DNA of 64,000 nucleotides, from NCBI GenBank assembly GCA_963710605.1, contig CAVQBA010000004.1:1-64000 (forward strand), in the 5' to 3' direction. Source of the DNA: an uncultured cyanobacterium. GTDB taxonomy: Bacteria > Cyanobacteriota > Cyanobacteriia > Cyanobacteriales > Cyanobacteriaceae. This document shows, piece after piece, positions 32,879 through 43,478 of the stretch. Within the stretch, counting starts at the first letter, position 1. Every line of letters starts with the position of its first letter. The position numbers and the translations under genes are program-made. A model generated the notes under the pieces. The model was not told the origin of the DNA, made no database searches, and saw only the letters and a list, made by a program, of their open reading frames with translations.

Positions 32879-33267
32879 CAATTGTGTTAGATACTTGTGC
32901 TTTAATCTGGTGGAGTTTAGACCCCGATTTGCTTTCGGCTTCAGCTAAAAGTACTTGTGATATTATGGAGGAACAGAAAAACGGTTTAGTTGCCTCTATT
33001 TCATTATGGGAAATCGCTCTTAAAGTTAAAAAGGGTAAGTTGGATTTAGGAATTGACATAGATACTTATATCAAGACTCTTTCACTTTCTGATGTAATTC
33101 AAGTTCTTCCTATCGACGTGGATTTATGGATAGATAGTATTAATTTAGATTGGAATCATCAAGATCCTGCCGATCGAGTCATTGTGGCTTTAGCTAATAA
33201 GTATAAAGCTCAATTAATTACTAAAGATACAGTAATCAGGGATTTTTATTCTTTAAGTGTTTGGTAA
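32875..33267 (+). CDS. vapC: PIN-domain toxin (VapC family)
   Basis: VLDTCALIWW, SISLWEI, HQDPADRVIVA. Confidence 0.9.
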   Translation: MTIVLDTCALIWWSLDPDLLSASAKSTCDIMEEQKNGLVASISLWEIALKVKKGKLDLGIDIDTYIKTLSLSDVIQVLPIDVDLWIDSINLDWNHQDPADRVIVALANKYKAQLITKDTVIRDFYSLSVW

Positions 33268-33424
33268 CTATTCATTATTATATACCCCCAATATAGTAAA
33301 CAAGCGAGAATCATCATTTTACTTGATAATTAATTATCGATTTATTCAAAAAGTTATCAACTTACCAAATTAAGGTTTATTTAGAGAGATAATTTCAGGG
33401 TTATCATCAATAAAAATATCAATA

Positions 33425-34996
33425 ATGGATGAGCTTTGGGTTTTAATCTGTTCGGGTTTAGTCTTTCTGATGCAAGCAGGCTTTATGTGTCTAGAATCTG
33501 GCTTAACTCGATCGAAAAATAGTATCAACGTCGCTATCAAAAACCTCGCTGATTTTGGTATTTCTGTCACCCTTTTTTGGGCATTCGGTTACGGTATTAT
33601 GTTTGGCATTTCCCAGATAGGTTGGATTGGTAGTAGTAATTTTTTTCTTTCGGCTGATAATAACCCCAAAGCGATCGTTTTTTTTATTTATCAAGCTATG
33701 TTTTGCGGAACAGCTACCACGATCGTTTCAGGAGCAGTTGCCGAACGTTTGAAGTTTGTCGCCTATTTTATCATTATCATTCTAATATCGAGTATTATCT
33801 ACCCTCTCTATGGTCATTGGGTCTGGAATACCAATGGTTGGTTAAATCAACTTGGATTTATTGATTTTGCAGGAAGTACTGTCGTTCATGGTATCGGTGC
33901 ATGGGTTAGTTTGGCGACATTGTTGGTGATTGGTAGCCGTAAGGGCAGATTCACGGACACAGGAGAAGCGAATAAAATTCAAGGTTCAAATTTACCTTTT
34001 GCCGTTTTAGGGGCGTTAATATTGTGGTTTGGATGGCTAGGGTTTAATGGTGGTAGTACTTTTGCATTTAACGATCGAGTTCCCCATATTATTTTAAATA
34101 CTATTTTGTCGGGGATTGGCGGTATGGTGATGGCAATAATTTTATCGGCAATTAAAACAGGCAGAATAGAAGTAGAAGAATTGATTAATGGTTCAATTGG
34201 TGGTTTGGTAGCTATTACCGCAGGTTGCAATATTATTCCTAATTCCTTAGCTATTATTGTCGGGGCGACAGGGGCGGCTTTTACTCATTTAGTTTCTTTG
34301 GCTTTACGCAAATATCGGATTGATGATGCAGTAGATGCTGTAGCAGTGCATGGTGGTGCAGGTGTTTGGGGGACAATTTGTGTCGCTCTTTTTGGGCAAT
34401 TGGATTTAGTTGATAATGGTTTGAATCGTGGTAGTCAGCTTTTAGTACAATTATTAGGAATTGCGATCGCTTTACTTTGGGCATTCGTCACTACATGGGT
34501 AATCTTAAAAGTAGTCGATCGATTTTTAGTCTTGAGAGTATCTCCTGAAGATGAAGAAATTGGTTTAAATATGTCTGAACATTTAGCTAAAACAGATACT
34601 TATGAATTATTCCAAGTTATGGATATACAAGCTAGAACAAATGATTTAACCCTTAGAGTGCCTGTAGAATCATTTACCGAAGTCGGACATATTGCCACCC
34701 GTTACAATCAAGTTATGGATGCCTTAGAAGAAAATCATCGCCAAAATACCGACTCTTTAGAAGAACTTTATACCATTACCGCCACGGCTGTTTCAGCGGT
34801 AGAAAATAATATTTTTATTCCTGAAGATTTTGCTATGTTTACCAGTCGTGGAGATGAGTTAGGTATTTTAGCTACTGCGTTACAACAGATGGTAGAAATT
34901 ATTAATCAGCAACAACAACAATTAACAGAATTAAAAAATGAATATGGTCAATTGAATGCAGAGGGAAATAAGAAAACCGATCGATTAGAAAAGTAA
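33425..34996 (+). CDS. amt: Ammonium transporter with C-terminal HAMP-like/coiled-coil extension
   Basis: MQAGF, DFAGSTVVH, WFGWLGFNGGS, DDAVDAVAVH; tail has FTEVGHIATRYNQV and RGDELGILA. Confidence 0.9.
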   Translation: MDELWVLICSGLVFLMQAGFMCLESGLTRSKNSINVAIKNLADFGISVTLFWAFGYGIMFGISQIGWIGSSNFFLSADNNPKAIVFFIYQAMFCGTATTIVSGAVAERLKFVAYFIIIILISSIIYPLYGHWVWNTNGWLNQLGFIDFAGSTVVHGIGAWVSLATLLVIGSRKGRFTDTGEANKIQGSNLPFAVLGALILWFGWLGFNGGSTFAFNDRVPHIILNTILSGIGGMVMAIILSAIKTGRIEVEELINGSIGGLVAITAGCNIIPNSLAIIVGATGAAFTHLVSLALRKYRIDDAVDAVAVHGGAGVWGTICVALFGQLDLVDNGLNRGSQLLVQLLGIAIALLWAFVTTWVILKVVDRFLVLRVSPEDEEIGLNMSEHLAKTDTYELFQVMDIQARTNDLTLRVPVESFTEVGHIATRYNQVMDALEENHRQNTDSLEELYTITATAVSAVENNIFIPEDFAMFTSRGDELGILATALQQMVEIINQQQQQLTELKNEYGQLNAEGNKKTDRLEK

Positions 34997-35219
34997 ATTG
35001 AATTAAATTGAATAGAATAATCGCACGAACCATAAATTATCATTCATGGCTAAAAAACCCGTTTAATGAATTAAACTCGATCTTAGAAGAATAAGTAGCT
35101 CCACTTAATTAAACGTAAAATAGACTTATGTTATCGCAACTTTATTTTAATTATTAATAATTTAATGACTAAAGTCATTACTACAAACCCTATTTATAAC
35201 TGTTTATTTAAAGCGTTGA

Positions 35220-35381
35220 TATAAATCAATTATCACCATTACGAGGTACATATCGATCCCCCTAAATCCTTATCCCCCTCTATCCCCCGCGCGTTCGGGG
35301 GAAGATAAGCAGATGCTTCGCTTTTATGTCTGGGGACTTGTCGATCGCTAACTGTACTTCACAAGTATGGGAAACGCTATA
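35220..35381 (-). mobile_element. MITE family B (TATAGCG...termini, GC-rich nested hairpins)
   Basis: Internal CCCCCTAAATCC...GGGGGAAGATAAGCAGATGCTTCGCTTTTATGTCTGGGGACTTG near-identical to 47319-47479 and to the reverse complement of 40756-40914. Confidence 0.8.
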
Positions 35382-35786
35382 AATCAATAAAATTAAAAAT
35401 TATTTAACTAATAGATAGTTCAATTTATTGAACGAACAGGATGTTAGCCTTGCACGATAGTTCAAGGCGGGTTAATTGCTCATTACTCATTACTCATGAC
35501 TTTTCTTTTTTATTCCGAACTCAGGTTATTTTTAACAAATCAATAAAACTAAAAATTATTCAACCAATACATAGTTTAATTTATTAAACAAATCTTGTAA
35601 GCCCCTCTTCCTTAATAAGGAGGGGGACTCAATCGAAATGTCCTAACTGACTTGTTTGTTGCTATAGAATGATAATTCGAGGCGGATGATAGTATCAAAA
35701 AAATAATGAGCAATAAGAATAGATTACTTATTACTCATTAAGATACTTTTAAAGATAATTTTGATAAACTAACTAAATAGCAAAAT

Positions 35787-36768
35787 TTAGTAGTATAAAC
35801 CAGCTTCTTGAACTTTCTCGATTTGTTTTTTCTTTAATACTAAAAGAATTTGAGAAAGCATAATACCAGCAATCAATACTAATAAACCAGCAATACGAGC
35901 AGGGTTTTGTAAGACAACTTCAGTATCTTTTTGTCCGAAACCACCGACGTTAGGATTGTTAGTTAAAGCTTCACCAGTTGCAATTTCTTGACCTTGAGCT
36001 ACGATTAATTCAGGTCCAACGGGGATATCAACTGTATTAGCTTCACCGGCTTCGTCGGTAATAGTTACTGCATAACCACCAGCACCATCTTCGGTGATAC
36101 TACTAATTGTACCTGTAGCGTTCGATTTGTATAAGTTGTTGTTACTAAGTTGTCCTGTAGGATAAACTTGTCCTCTACCTCTGTTTGCACCTAAGTGTAC
36201 AGAAAATTTACCGTAGTTAACATTTGGGTTTGTTGCAGGATCGGGGGATAATACAGGGAAGACAATCTCTTCATAACTATCACCAGGTAATGGTCAGTAC
36301 AAGAACCCAATTTTCTTTACCATCACGATAAGATTGATAGTAAGTTCCTTCGATTTTTTCCTTCATTTCATCAGGAATACGATCGTCTGGAGCAATTTGG
36401 AAGCCATCAGGTAACATCAAAACAGCACCAACATTTAATGGCGCTCTTGAACCATCAACTTGTACTTGTTGTACATCATGGTCATAAGGTATTTTAACAA
36501 TCGCTTCAAATACACTATCAGGTAAGACAGATTGAGGAATTTCAACTTCTGCCGGTTTAGCCGCTAAGTGACAGTTAGCACAGACAATACGTCCAGTTGC
36601 TTCACGAGGAGTCATTGGAGCAGTTTCTTGTGCCCAAAAAGGATATGCTTGTGCCGACGATGGTAAGACGATATCACTAGCTAATAGTAAGCAAACAGAA
36701 ACAATCGCTACTAAAACTATTTTGTTTATTTTACCGATTACTTTTGTCAAAAAAGATTTATTTTTCAT
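35787..36768 (-). CDS. petA: Cytochrome f; apparent +1 frameshift at about 36296 (likely sequence error)
   Basis: [20 protein letters not shown]; a second frame resumes [19 protein letters not shown]...NRGRGQVYP...[12 protein letters not shown]...KKKQIEKVQ to the stop at 35787. Confidence 0.95.
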
Positions 36769-36862
36769 TGATATTTACAATTTATACGAAATCAAGTCTC
36801 AAGATATTGTTTTCTTGAGCGAAATTAATTTAAGGATTGATGAAATGTGTTGTGCTAACTAC

Positions 36863-37411
36863 TTAACTCCACCAAGGTTTTTCACCTGTACGGAAATCAG
36901 TTTCTTCCCAGTTAGTTAAATAAACTTTATCTGCTTCTACATTGGTATGTACTAAAGCTAAGGATAAAGGAGCAGGTCCTCTAACTACTTTACCTTCATT
37001 ATTGTATTGTGAACCGTGACAAGGACAGATAAACTTGTCTTCAGAAGTATTCCAAGGTACTACACAACCTAAGTGAGTACATACAGCGTTTAAACCATAA
37101 GAAGCGATATCTTCATCCTCAGAAACAATTAAGTAGGTAGGATCGCCTTTTAATCCTTGAGCTAAAGAACGATCGCCTGGTTGACGAGCCGCAACGAATT
37201 CACTGGCTAAAACATCGTTACCAAGTTTGTCTTTAGCGGCAATACCAGCACCGCCACCACCAGTAGATTTAGGAATGAAAAAACTAACAACGGGATATAA
37301 AGCACCCAAAGCTACACCACCAACAGCACCAAAAGTCAGAACATTCATGAACTGACGACGGCCCATATCTGGTACATCAGCATTATTTCCAGAAGAAATT
37401 TGTGTTGTCAT
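36863..37411 (-). CDS. petC: Cytochrome b6f Rieske iron-sulfur subunit (main copy)
   Basis: [33 protein letters not shown]; petCA order. Confidence 0.97.
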   Translation of the reverse strand: MTTQISSGNNADVPDMGRRQFMNVLTFGAVGGVALGALYPVVSFFIPKSTGGGGAGIAAKDKLGNDVLASEFVAARQPGDRSLAQGLKGDPTYLIVSEDEDIASYGLNAVCTHLGCVVPWNTSEDKFICPCHGSQYNNEGKVVRGPAPLSLALVHTNVEADKVYLTNWEETDFRTGEKPWWS

Positions 37412-37624
37412 AAGTAATCTAAATTATTAAATTGTATAGGGTAATTATGGTTTTACAATTAACTAATAACCCTTTATGCTAAACAAGGTTAATCAAAGTC
37501 ATTATCTAATTATTGCAAAAAATGAACCTTTTGTAGAATCATTAATAACGATCATAAGATAAATTTGTCGATCGTATGGTTAGATCTTTAACTTTGTACT
37601 CTATCTTTACTTAAATTAATATTT

Positions 37625-37939
37625 ATGACGGCAGAAGAATTACAACAATTAATATTTAACAAATGGGGTTGTTCTTATGATGTACAAATAATTCGCATCA
37701 AAGACAAAATCTATTTTCAAGTTATGTGGAAGTATCTTGAGCAAAATTCTTTTCATTATACAAAAGAGCAATATTACGAACATCTAGAATATATCACTCA
37801 ATTAGTCAATACTTGGGATGTTGTCAGACAAATACAAGTAGGTATATTAGAAGCTAAAAATCGTCCTCGTTTAGGTAAAGCTGTTAGCTTTTCTTTGAGT
37901 TTAGGCGAAAGAGGCTCGGAGTGGATAATTGATAATTGA
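37625..37939 (+). CDS. DUF3067 family protein
   Basis: KWGCSYDVQ, QVMWKYLEQ, RPRLGKAVS; divergent from petC. Confidence 0.85.
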   Translation: MTAEELQQLIFNKWGCSYDVQIIRIKDKIYFQVMWKYLEQNSFHYTKEQYYEHLEYITQLVNTWDVVRQIQVGILEAKNRPRLGKAVSFSLSLGERGSEWIIDN

Positions 37940-38312
37940 CAATTAATAATGATTTTTTTTCGATCGTCATAATTTATCTTGCTTGATATTATCACTATTA
38001 ATTTAATATTTCGGCGTATTATTATCGATATTGACAGTTATTAAAGATAAAGCGATTAGCCATAATTATTATGAGTTTTCCCGCTCGTTCTATTATCAAC
38101 GATCGTTTTAATATTACTTACAAACAATTTGGTAATAGTATTGAGATAAATGTTTTGAAAAGTATTACTGAAAATATTATTAAGCTGAATGTACTTTCTA
38201 TTTCTACACCTAACCCTTGTCTTATTAGATAAAAAATATTCGGTTAAAGATACTAAACAAAGTAACTATCAAATAACCTAAATTATTAATTATTAATTAT
38301 TAATTATCCATT

Positions 38313-38756
38313 ATGACTAACTATCGTAATCCTGCCCCTACGGTTGATATAATCGTCGAATTAATCGATCGACCATCACGCCCAATTATTTTAGTAGAAA
38401 GAAAATTTGAACCCTTAGGGTGGGCAATACCTGGTGGTTTTGTTGATTATGGTGAAGCCGTGGAAGCTAGTGCTATTCGAGAGGCAAAAGAAGAAATTAG
38501 TTTAGATATTAATTTAATCGAACAATTCCAAGTCTATTCTAATCCCGATCGAGATGACCGTAAACATACCCTGAGTCTGGTTTTTATTGCTCAAGCACGG
38601 GGAGAACCATTAGCGGATGATGATGCTCTTAATGTGGGAGTTTTCCACCTTTGGGAGCTTCCTTCAAATTTATGTTTCGATCACGATTTAATTTTGCAAG
38701 ATTACCTTAATTATCGTTATTATGGTGTTCGTCCTCCCATTCGGCTCAATAACTAA
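38313..38756 (+). CDS. NUDIX hydrolase
   Basis: PGGFVDYGEAVEASAIREAKEE Nudix box. Confidence 0.93.
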   Translation: MTNYRNPAPTVDIIVELIDRPSRPIILVERKFEPLGWAIPGGFVDYGEAVEASAIREAKEEISLDINLIEQFQVYSNPDRDDRKHTLSLVFIAQARGEPLADDDALNVGVFHLWELPSNLCFDHDLILQDYLNYRYYGVRPPIRLNN

Positions 38757-38836
38757 TAATTGTTATAATTTTAATGGTATGATTTAATGACCTATGTAAC
38801 TACTTTTTTATTGGCAAGACAATTAGACTGTAAATA

Positions 38837-39748
38837 ATGAATGATTTTTTACCTATAGCCTATTTTGAAGGCAAATTTACCCCCTTCGCTGAAGCAACTA
38901 TTTCGATCGCTACTCATGCTTTACACTATGGTACAGGTGCATTTGGAGGGCTAAGAGGTACAATCAACCCAGCCAATTCTCAACAAGTATTACTTTTTCG
39001 TTTAAATCTTCATTGTCAAAGATTAAGTAATAGTGCTAAATATTTACATTATGATTTACCCGCAGATAAAATAGAGCATATCATCAAAGATTTTGTCGCT
39101 AAAAATAAACCAACTCAAAATTTTTACATCCGCCCTTTTGTTTATACTTCCGATTTAGGTGTTGCCCCTCGTTTACACAAAATTGAGAAAAACTTTTTTG
39201 TTTATGGTTTAAATATGGGTGACTATCTAGCCGCAGGTGGTGTTAGTTGTCGTATTAGTTCGTGGTATCGTCAAGAAGATCGTAGTTTGCCACTTAGAGG
39301 TAAAATTAGTGGTGCTTATATCACTTCCGCCTTAGCTAAAACTGAAGCCGTTGATAGTGGTTTTGATGAAGCTATTTTAATGAATTCCAAGGGTAAGGTT
39401 TGTGAAGCTACGGGAATGAATATTTTTATGGTCAGAGATGGTAAACTGATTACTCCTGGTACCGATCAAGATATTCTAGAAGGTATTACTCGTCGTAGTA
39501 TAAAAACGATCGCTCAAGATATGGGGATTGAAGTACAAGAAAGAGAAATAGATAAAACTGAATTATTTATTGCCGATGAAGTCTTTTTATGTGGCACAGC
39601 CGCTAAGGTAACTCCTGTTAAACAAATCGAAAATTATCACTTACCTGAAGATAATAAGATTACTCTCAAACTCAAAGAAAAGTTAACCGCAATCAATCAA
39701 TATCAAGTGCCAGAATATCAAGATTGGATTACTGTTATTGACGTATAA
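38837..39748 (+). CDS. ilvE: Branched-chain amino acid aminotransferase
   Basis: HALHYGTG, GKISGAY, GFDEAIL, ILEGITR, LCGTAA. Confidence 0.93.
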   Translation: MNDFLPIAYFEGKFTPFAEATISIATHALHYGTGAFGGLRGTINPANSQQVLLFRLNLHCQRLSNSAKYLHYDLPADKIEHIIKDFVAKNKPTQNFYIRPFVYTSDLGVAPRLHKIEKNFFVYGLNMGDYLAAGGVSCRISSWYRQEDRSLPLRGKISGAYITSALAKTEAVDSGFDEAILMNSKGKVCEATGMNIFMVRDGKLITPGTDQDILEGITRRSIKTIAQDMGIEVQEREIDKTELFIADEVFLCGTAAKVTPVKQIENYHLPEDNKITLKLKEKLTAINQYQVPEYQDWITVIDV

Positions 39749-39788
39749 CAATAGATAATTGACAATTATGTTTTTGTAATCTCAACGA

Positions 39789-39944
39789 TAGTAATTTCAA
39801 TTAAGATTGAGACAGTATTAATCATATCTAAAACAAGAATATTTACCCCGCCTTGCAATAAATTACAAGGCTAATAGACACCGTTTAATAAATTAAACTC
39901 AAATTTAATCCAAAAAATTGTATCATCGTTATTTTAAACTACTA
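39789..39944 (-). mobile_element. MITE family A, 156 bp
   Basis: TAGTAATTTCAATTAAGATTGAGACA...TTTTAAACTACTA; reverse-orientation homolog of 50516-50671. Confidence 0.8.
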
Positions 39945-40019
39945 TAAATCATAACTCTAAAGGAAAGATTATTTATACTAATAAAAATACCAAGAGCGAT
40001 TACTTAAGTTTTTAAAAAA

Positions 40020-40057
40020 CCCCCCTCTCCTCGCAGGAGAGGGGTTGGGGGTGAGGT
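40020..40057 (+). repeat. Small dispersed GC-rich hairpin repeat
   Basis: CCCCTCTCCT-CGC-AGGAGAGGGG followed by TTGGGGGTGAGG. Confidence 0.7.
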
Positions 40058-40175
40058 TAAAATTAATTACTTTTTGTCTCTCGTTAAAAAAAAAGAGTTT
40101 AATCTTCACTCCTTTTACTCATAAAGTTGATTAGAATGTGAAGATAGAATCATCGTACGATTGAGGTAGATAAAG

Positions 40176-40739
40176 ATGAATACAGTTTTAAATCTTGAAC
40201 CAATTACCTCTCTAACCACAGAACAATTTTATCAAATCTGCCTAAAAAATCCTGAGTTACAACTAGAAAGAAATCCTCAAGGAAAATTAATTATTATATC
40301 TCCTGTCGGTGGTGAAAGCGGTAGAAAAGAAGCTAATTTAATTGGTGATATCATCATTTGGAATCGTCAAAGTAAATTAGGATATGTGTTTAGTTCTTCT
40401 ACTATTTTTAGTTTACCAAATGGTGGTGACAGGTCTCCTGATGTAGCATGGGTATCCGCCGAAAAATGGAATAACTTAACTCCAGCCCAAAAAGAAGGTT
40501 TTCCACCTATTTGTCCAGAATTTGTCATCGAATTACGATCGAAAACCGATCGATTAAAACCATTACAAGAAAAGATGATTGAGTATTTAGATTCAGGATT
40601 ACAGTTAGGTTGGTTAATCAATCCTCATCAACAACAAGTAGAAATCTATCGCCCTAAGCAAGTAGTAGAAGTAGTTGAAATACCGACTATTTTATTAGGA
40701 GAAAACATCTTACCTGAGTTGGAAATGTCTATTGATTAA
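40176..40739 (+). CDS. Uma2 family endonuclease-fold protein
   Basis: RSPDVAWV, PICPEFVIELRS, LGWLINP. Confidence 0.93.
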   Translation: MNTVLNLEPITSLTTEQFYQICLKNPELQLERNPQGKLIIISPVGGESGRKEANLIGDIIIWNRQSKLGYVFSSSTIFSLPNGGDRSPDVAWVSAEKWNNLTPAQKEGFPPICPEFVIELRSKTDRLKPLQEKMIEYLDSGLQLGWLINPHQQQVEIYRPKQVVEVVEIPTILLGENILPELEMSID

Positions 40740-40755
40740 TCTTGAGAATAAAGTA

Positions 40756-40914
40756 TATAGCGTTTCTCATGCTTATGAGGTAAAGTTTATATTTGCAAGT
40801 CCCCAGACATAAAAGCGAAGCATCTGCTTATCTTCCCCCTTACGAAGGGGGATAGAGGGGGATAGGGATTTAGGGGGATTGAGCAAGTACTTCGTCATAC
40901 TAATAATGGTTATA
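40756..40914 (+). mobile_element. MITE family B
   Basis: TATAGCGTTTCTC...TGGTTATA termini and shared internal hairpins. Confidence 0.8.
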
Positions 40915-40916
40915 AA

Positions 40917-43058
40917 TTAATTCTGATAAATCTTAAATCCTGTTTCTGGTTGCCATTGCAGTGCATTATTTTTAACTGAAAATAATTTAATATTTTGTGT
41001 AGTTATATATTCGATAAACTTTTTATTTGTAATTACTGAATTGACAATAATAGTTTGAGGATTTATTTTTTTAATTTCCTCGTAATCTCTTTCTTTATCT
41101 AACCAAACTAATACATCAATCTCATCTTTATTAGTCAAAGAATTATTGTTACTGTTATTTACTATTAACCATTTTTGCTGATTTATTTCTAGTAATAAGT
41201 TATCTTCTTTTTTAGTTAAGTAATTTAAATTAGTTTCTCCTTGAGTAATAAATCGATCGACTTTTATTGATTGAGTTAAACGATCGATTTCTAAATTTTC
41301 TTCCTCTGGATTTTCTACTACTAAATTTAAGTTATTAATTCCCTCATACCTCAAAAAAGGTATTATATTAAACATAATATTTTCTTTATCACCTAAATTA
41401 ATCACAGTATTTTGTTGCTGATTTTGAACCATAATTGTTGGTGTAGTTGAAGTATTTAATACAGTTATTTTAACTAAATTTAGCTTCTGATAGATTAAAG
41501 GAATAACGATCGCTGATAAGGTAATAGTCATTATAAAATACCAATATTTTTGAGCTTTACTACTAATACAAATTAAGCCAAAAACAAAGTAAACTATTAA
41601 TAACTGAACTAAACTTATTTGACCAACAGCTAAAGAGCTAAAAGGTAAATTATTACTAATTTCAACTATCCAAATTAAAATAGTTAAGGGAATAAACAAA
41701 ATATAAGCGATCGCACTACCTAAAAGAGTAATAAATAAACCAATAAAAGCAGAAATAAACCCGCCTATAGTAATAACTAAAACAAAAGGTGTAGCGATAA
41801 GATTAGTTAGAATACTATAAATAGGGACATAATTAAAAACATAACATTGTAACGGTAAAACCCAAATTGTTGCCGCTAAAGGCACAGCTACCAAGTTAGC
41901 TATAGTCGGAGGAAACCAATCAAGACGATTAACAATAGCAGGTAAAGAAACGATTAAACCCAATGTTGCTAAAAAACTCAGTTGAAAACCTAAGTCAGTA
42001 ATCCATACAGGATTGATAAGTAATAAAATAACACCTGCTAAAAGTAAGCTACCATAAACATTAACTTTACGATCGTAAACCATCCCTATTACCACCGCCT
42101 CCCCCATCAAACAAGCCCGAAGAATCGAAGGATAAAAACCAGCTACAGAAGCATAAATTAATAAAATAAACGTTACTACTAACAAGCGACGGGAAGAAGC
42201 AAGGTTGCGAGTTAGATATAACAATAACCCTAATAAAATAGAAACATGAAATCCAGAAGCGGCTAAAACGTGGGCTAACCCACAGATACGAAAACTATTT
42301 TGCAATTCAAAATCTAAATCAACCGCCCGACTACCGATAACCATCGAGCTAACTAAGTTTCCTTGTGGTACTTTTAAGTAACGTACATGAGTTTGCACAA
42401 TACGTTGTCGTAAAAAAGTTAAAATTCGATCGAGTTGATTACCATCATTAATAATATTAACACTATCAGCAGACAAACCAGTAAAAATACCTTCTCGACT
42501 TAGATAATCGGCAAAATCAAAACCCCCCGGATTAAGACTCTTTTGCGGTTGATATAAGTTACCCATTAGGCGAATCGTCATTGAGGGATATAAATTGGTT
42601 GCTTGTAATAAGGGTGCGGTTACATATATTTTTCCTGTTACTTCAATGGGTAATTCATTTTCTTTAAGTAATTGTTGGGCTTGAAAAATGAATTTTGCTT
42701 TTTGTTTTTGATTAATTCTAGGATTAGTTAAAATTATCCCTTCAACGGTAATATTTTCAGGTTGATATTGATTCAGTGGTAACTGATGAGTTATATCTAA
42801 ACTATCAACAGTGGGTAAACGCCAATGACAATAATAAAATCCACTAACAATAATTAAGGCAACTATAAGACAATGAATAGAATTGAAAAAGTAAATCTTT
42901 TTAACTTGGATAATTAAACAAGAAAAGATCGTAATTACCGCAATTATTGTCAAAAATAAAAAACTTTGTTCGATACTAAAAAGCTGAGTACAAAATAAAC
43001 CAATAACATAACTAATTAAGCAGAGATAAAGATAGTTGTTATTATTGATTTTAACCAT
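40917..43058 (-). CDS. comEC: ComEC/Rec2 competence protein
   Basis: NPGGFDF, GLAHVLAASGFHV, DLGFQLSFLAT. Confidence 0.93.
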   Translation of the reverse strand: MVKINNNNYLYLCLISYVIGLFCTQLFSIEQSFLFLTIIAVITIFSCLIIQVKKIYFFNSIHCLIVALIIVSGFYYCHWRLPTVDSLDITHQLPLNQYQPENITVEGIILTNPRINQKQKAKFIFQAQQLLKENELPIEVTGKIYVTAPLLQATNLYPSMTIRLMGNLYQPQKSLNPGGFDFADYLSREGIFTGLSADSVNIINDGNQLDRILTFLRQRIVQTHVRYLKVPQGNLVSSMVIGSRAVDLDFELQNSFRICGLAHVLAASGFHVSILLGLLLYLTRNLASSRRLLVVTFILLIYASVAGFYPSILRACLMGEAVVIGMVYDRKVNVYGSLLLAGVILLLINPVWITDLGFQLSFLATLGLIVSLPAIVNRLDWFPPTIANLVAVPLAATIWVLPLQCYVFNYVPIYSILTNLIATPFVLVITIGGFISAFIGLFITLLGSAIAYILFIPLTILIWIVEISNNLPFSSLAVGQISLVQLLIVYFVFGLICISSKAQKYWYFIMTITLSAIVIPLIYQKLNLVKITVLNTSTTPTIMVQNQQQNTVINLGDKENIMFNIIPFLRYEGINNLNLVVENPEEENLEIDRLTQSIKVDRFITQGETNLNYLTKKEDNLLLEINQQKWLIVNNSNNNSLTNKDEIDVLVWLDKERDYEEIKKINPQTIIVNSVITNKKFIEYITTQNIKLFSVKNNALQWQPETGFKIYQN

Positions 43059-43139
43059 TGAAAAACAAAACGATCGTCATTATTAATTGATTTATATTAA
43101 CAAATAACGTTAACGATCGTCACCCTTGAGATAGATTTA

Positions 43140-43297
43140 TAGTTAATTCAAATAAGAATGAAACAATTTTAGTATATTTTCTTCGAGTTTAATTTATTAA
43201 ACGGTATCTATTAGCTTAATGAAGATTCATTGCAAGGCGGGTTTTATGTTCTTACTTTTACTATTTTTTACTGTCTCGAACTTAATTCAAACAACTA
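43140..43297 (+). mobile_element. MITE family A, 158 bp, TA-flanked
   Basis: TA|TAGTTAATTCAAATAAGAATGAAACA...TGTCTCGAACTTAATTCAAACAACTA|TA with the shared core. Confidence 0.8.
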
Positions 43298-43478
43298 TAT
43301 TATTTATCTTGAGTCTTCGATCGTCTATTATAATATTACCAAACACAATAGGTATTACTCGATGCAGTGTGCATTTTGAGGGTAAATTAAGAGTCAAGAG
43401 TTTTATTATTCATTGTTTTTTATGGTATCTTTATATAGATAGAAAGTGATAATTATTTAAGTGAAATAGAAAGAGATT

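Noticed and set aside
33270-33424. NtcA box upstream of amt
   Set aside because: No GTA-N8-TAC found by eye in the spacer
36280-36310. Programmed frameshifting or true loss of petA
   Set aside because: No slippery sequence; both halves are conserved; many similar lesions occur across the window
43219-43449. 76-aa ORF
   Set aside because: Starts inside a MITE and has no protein-like features
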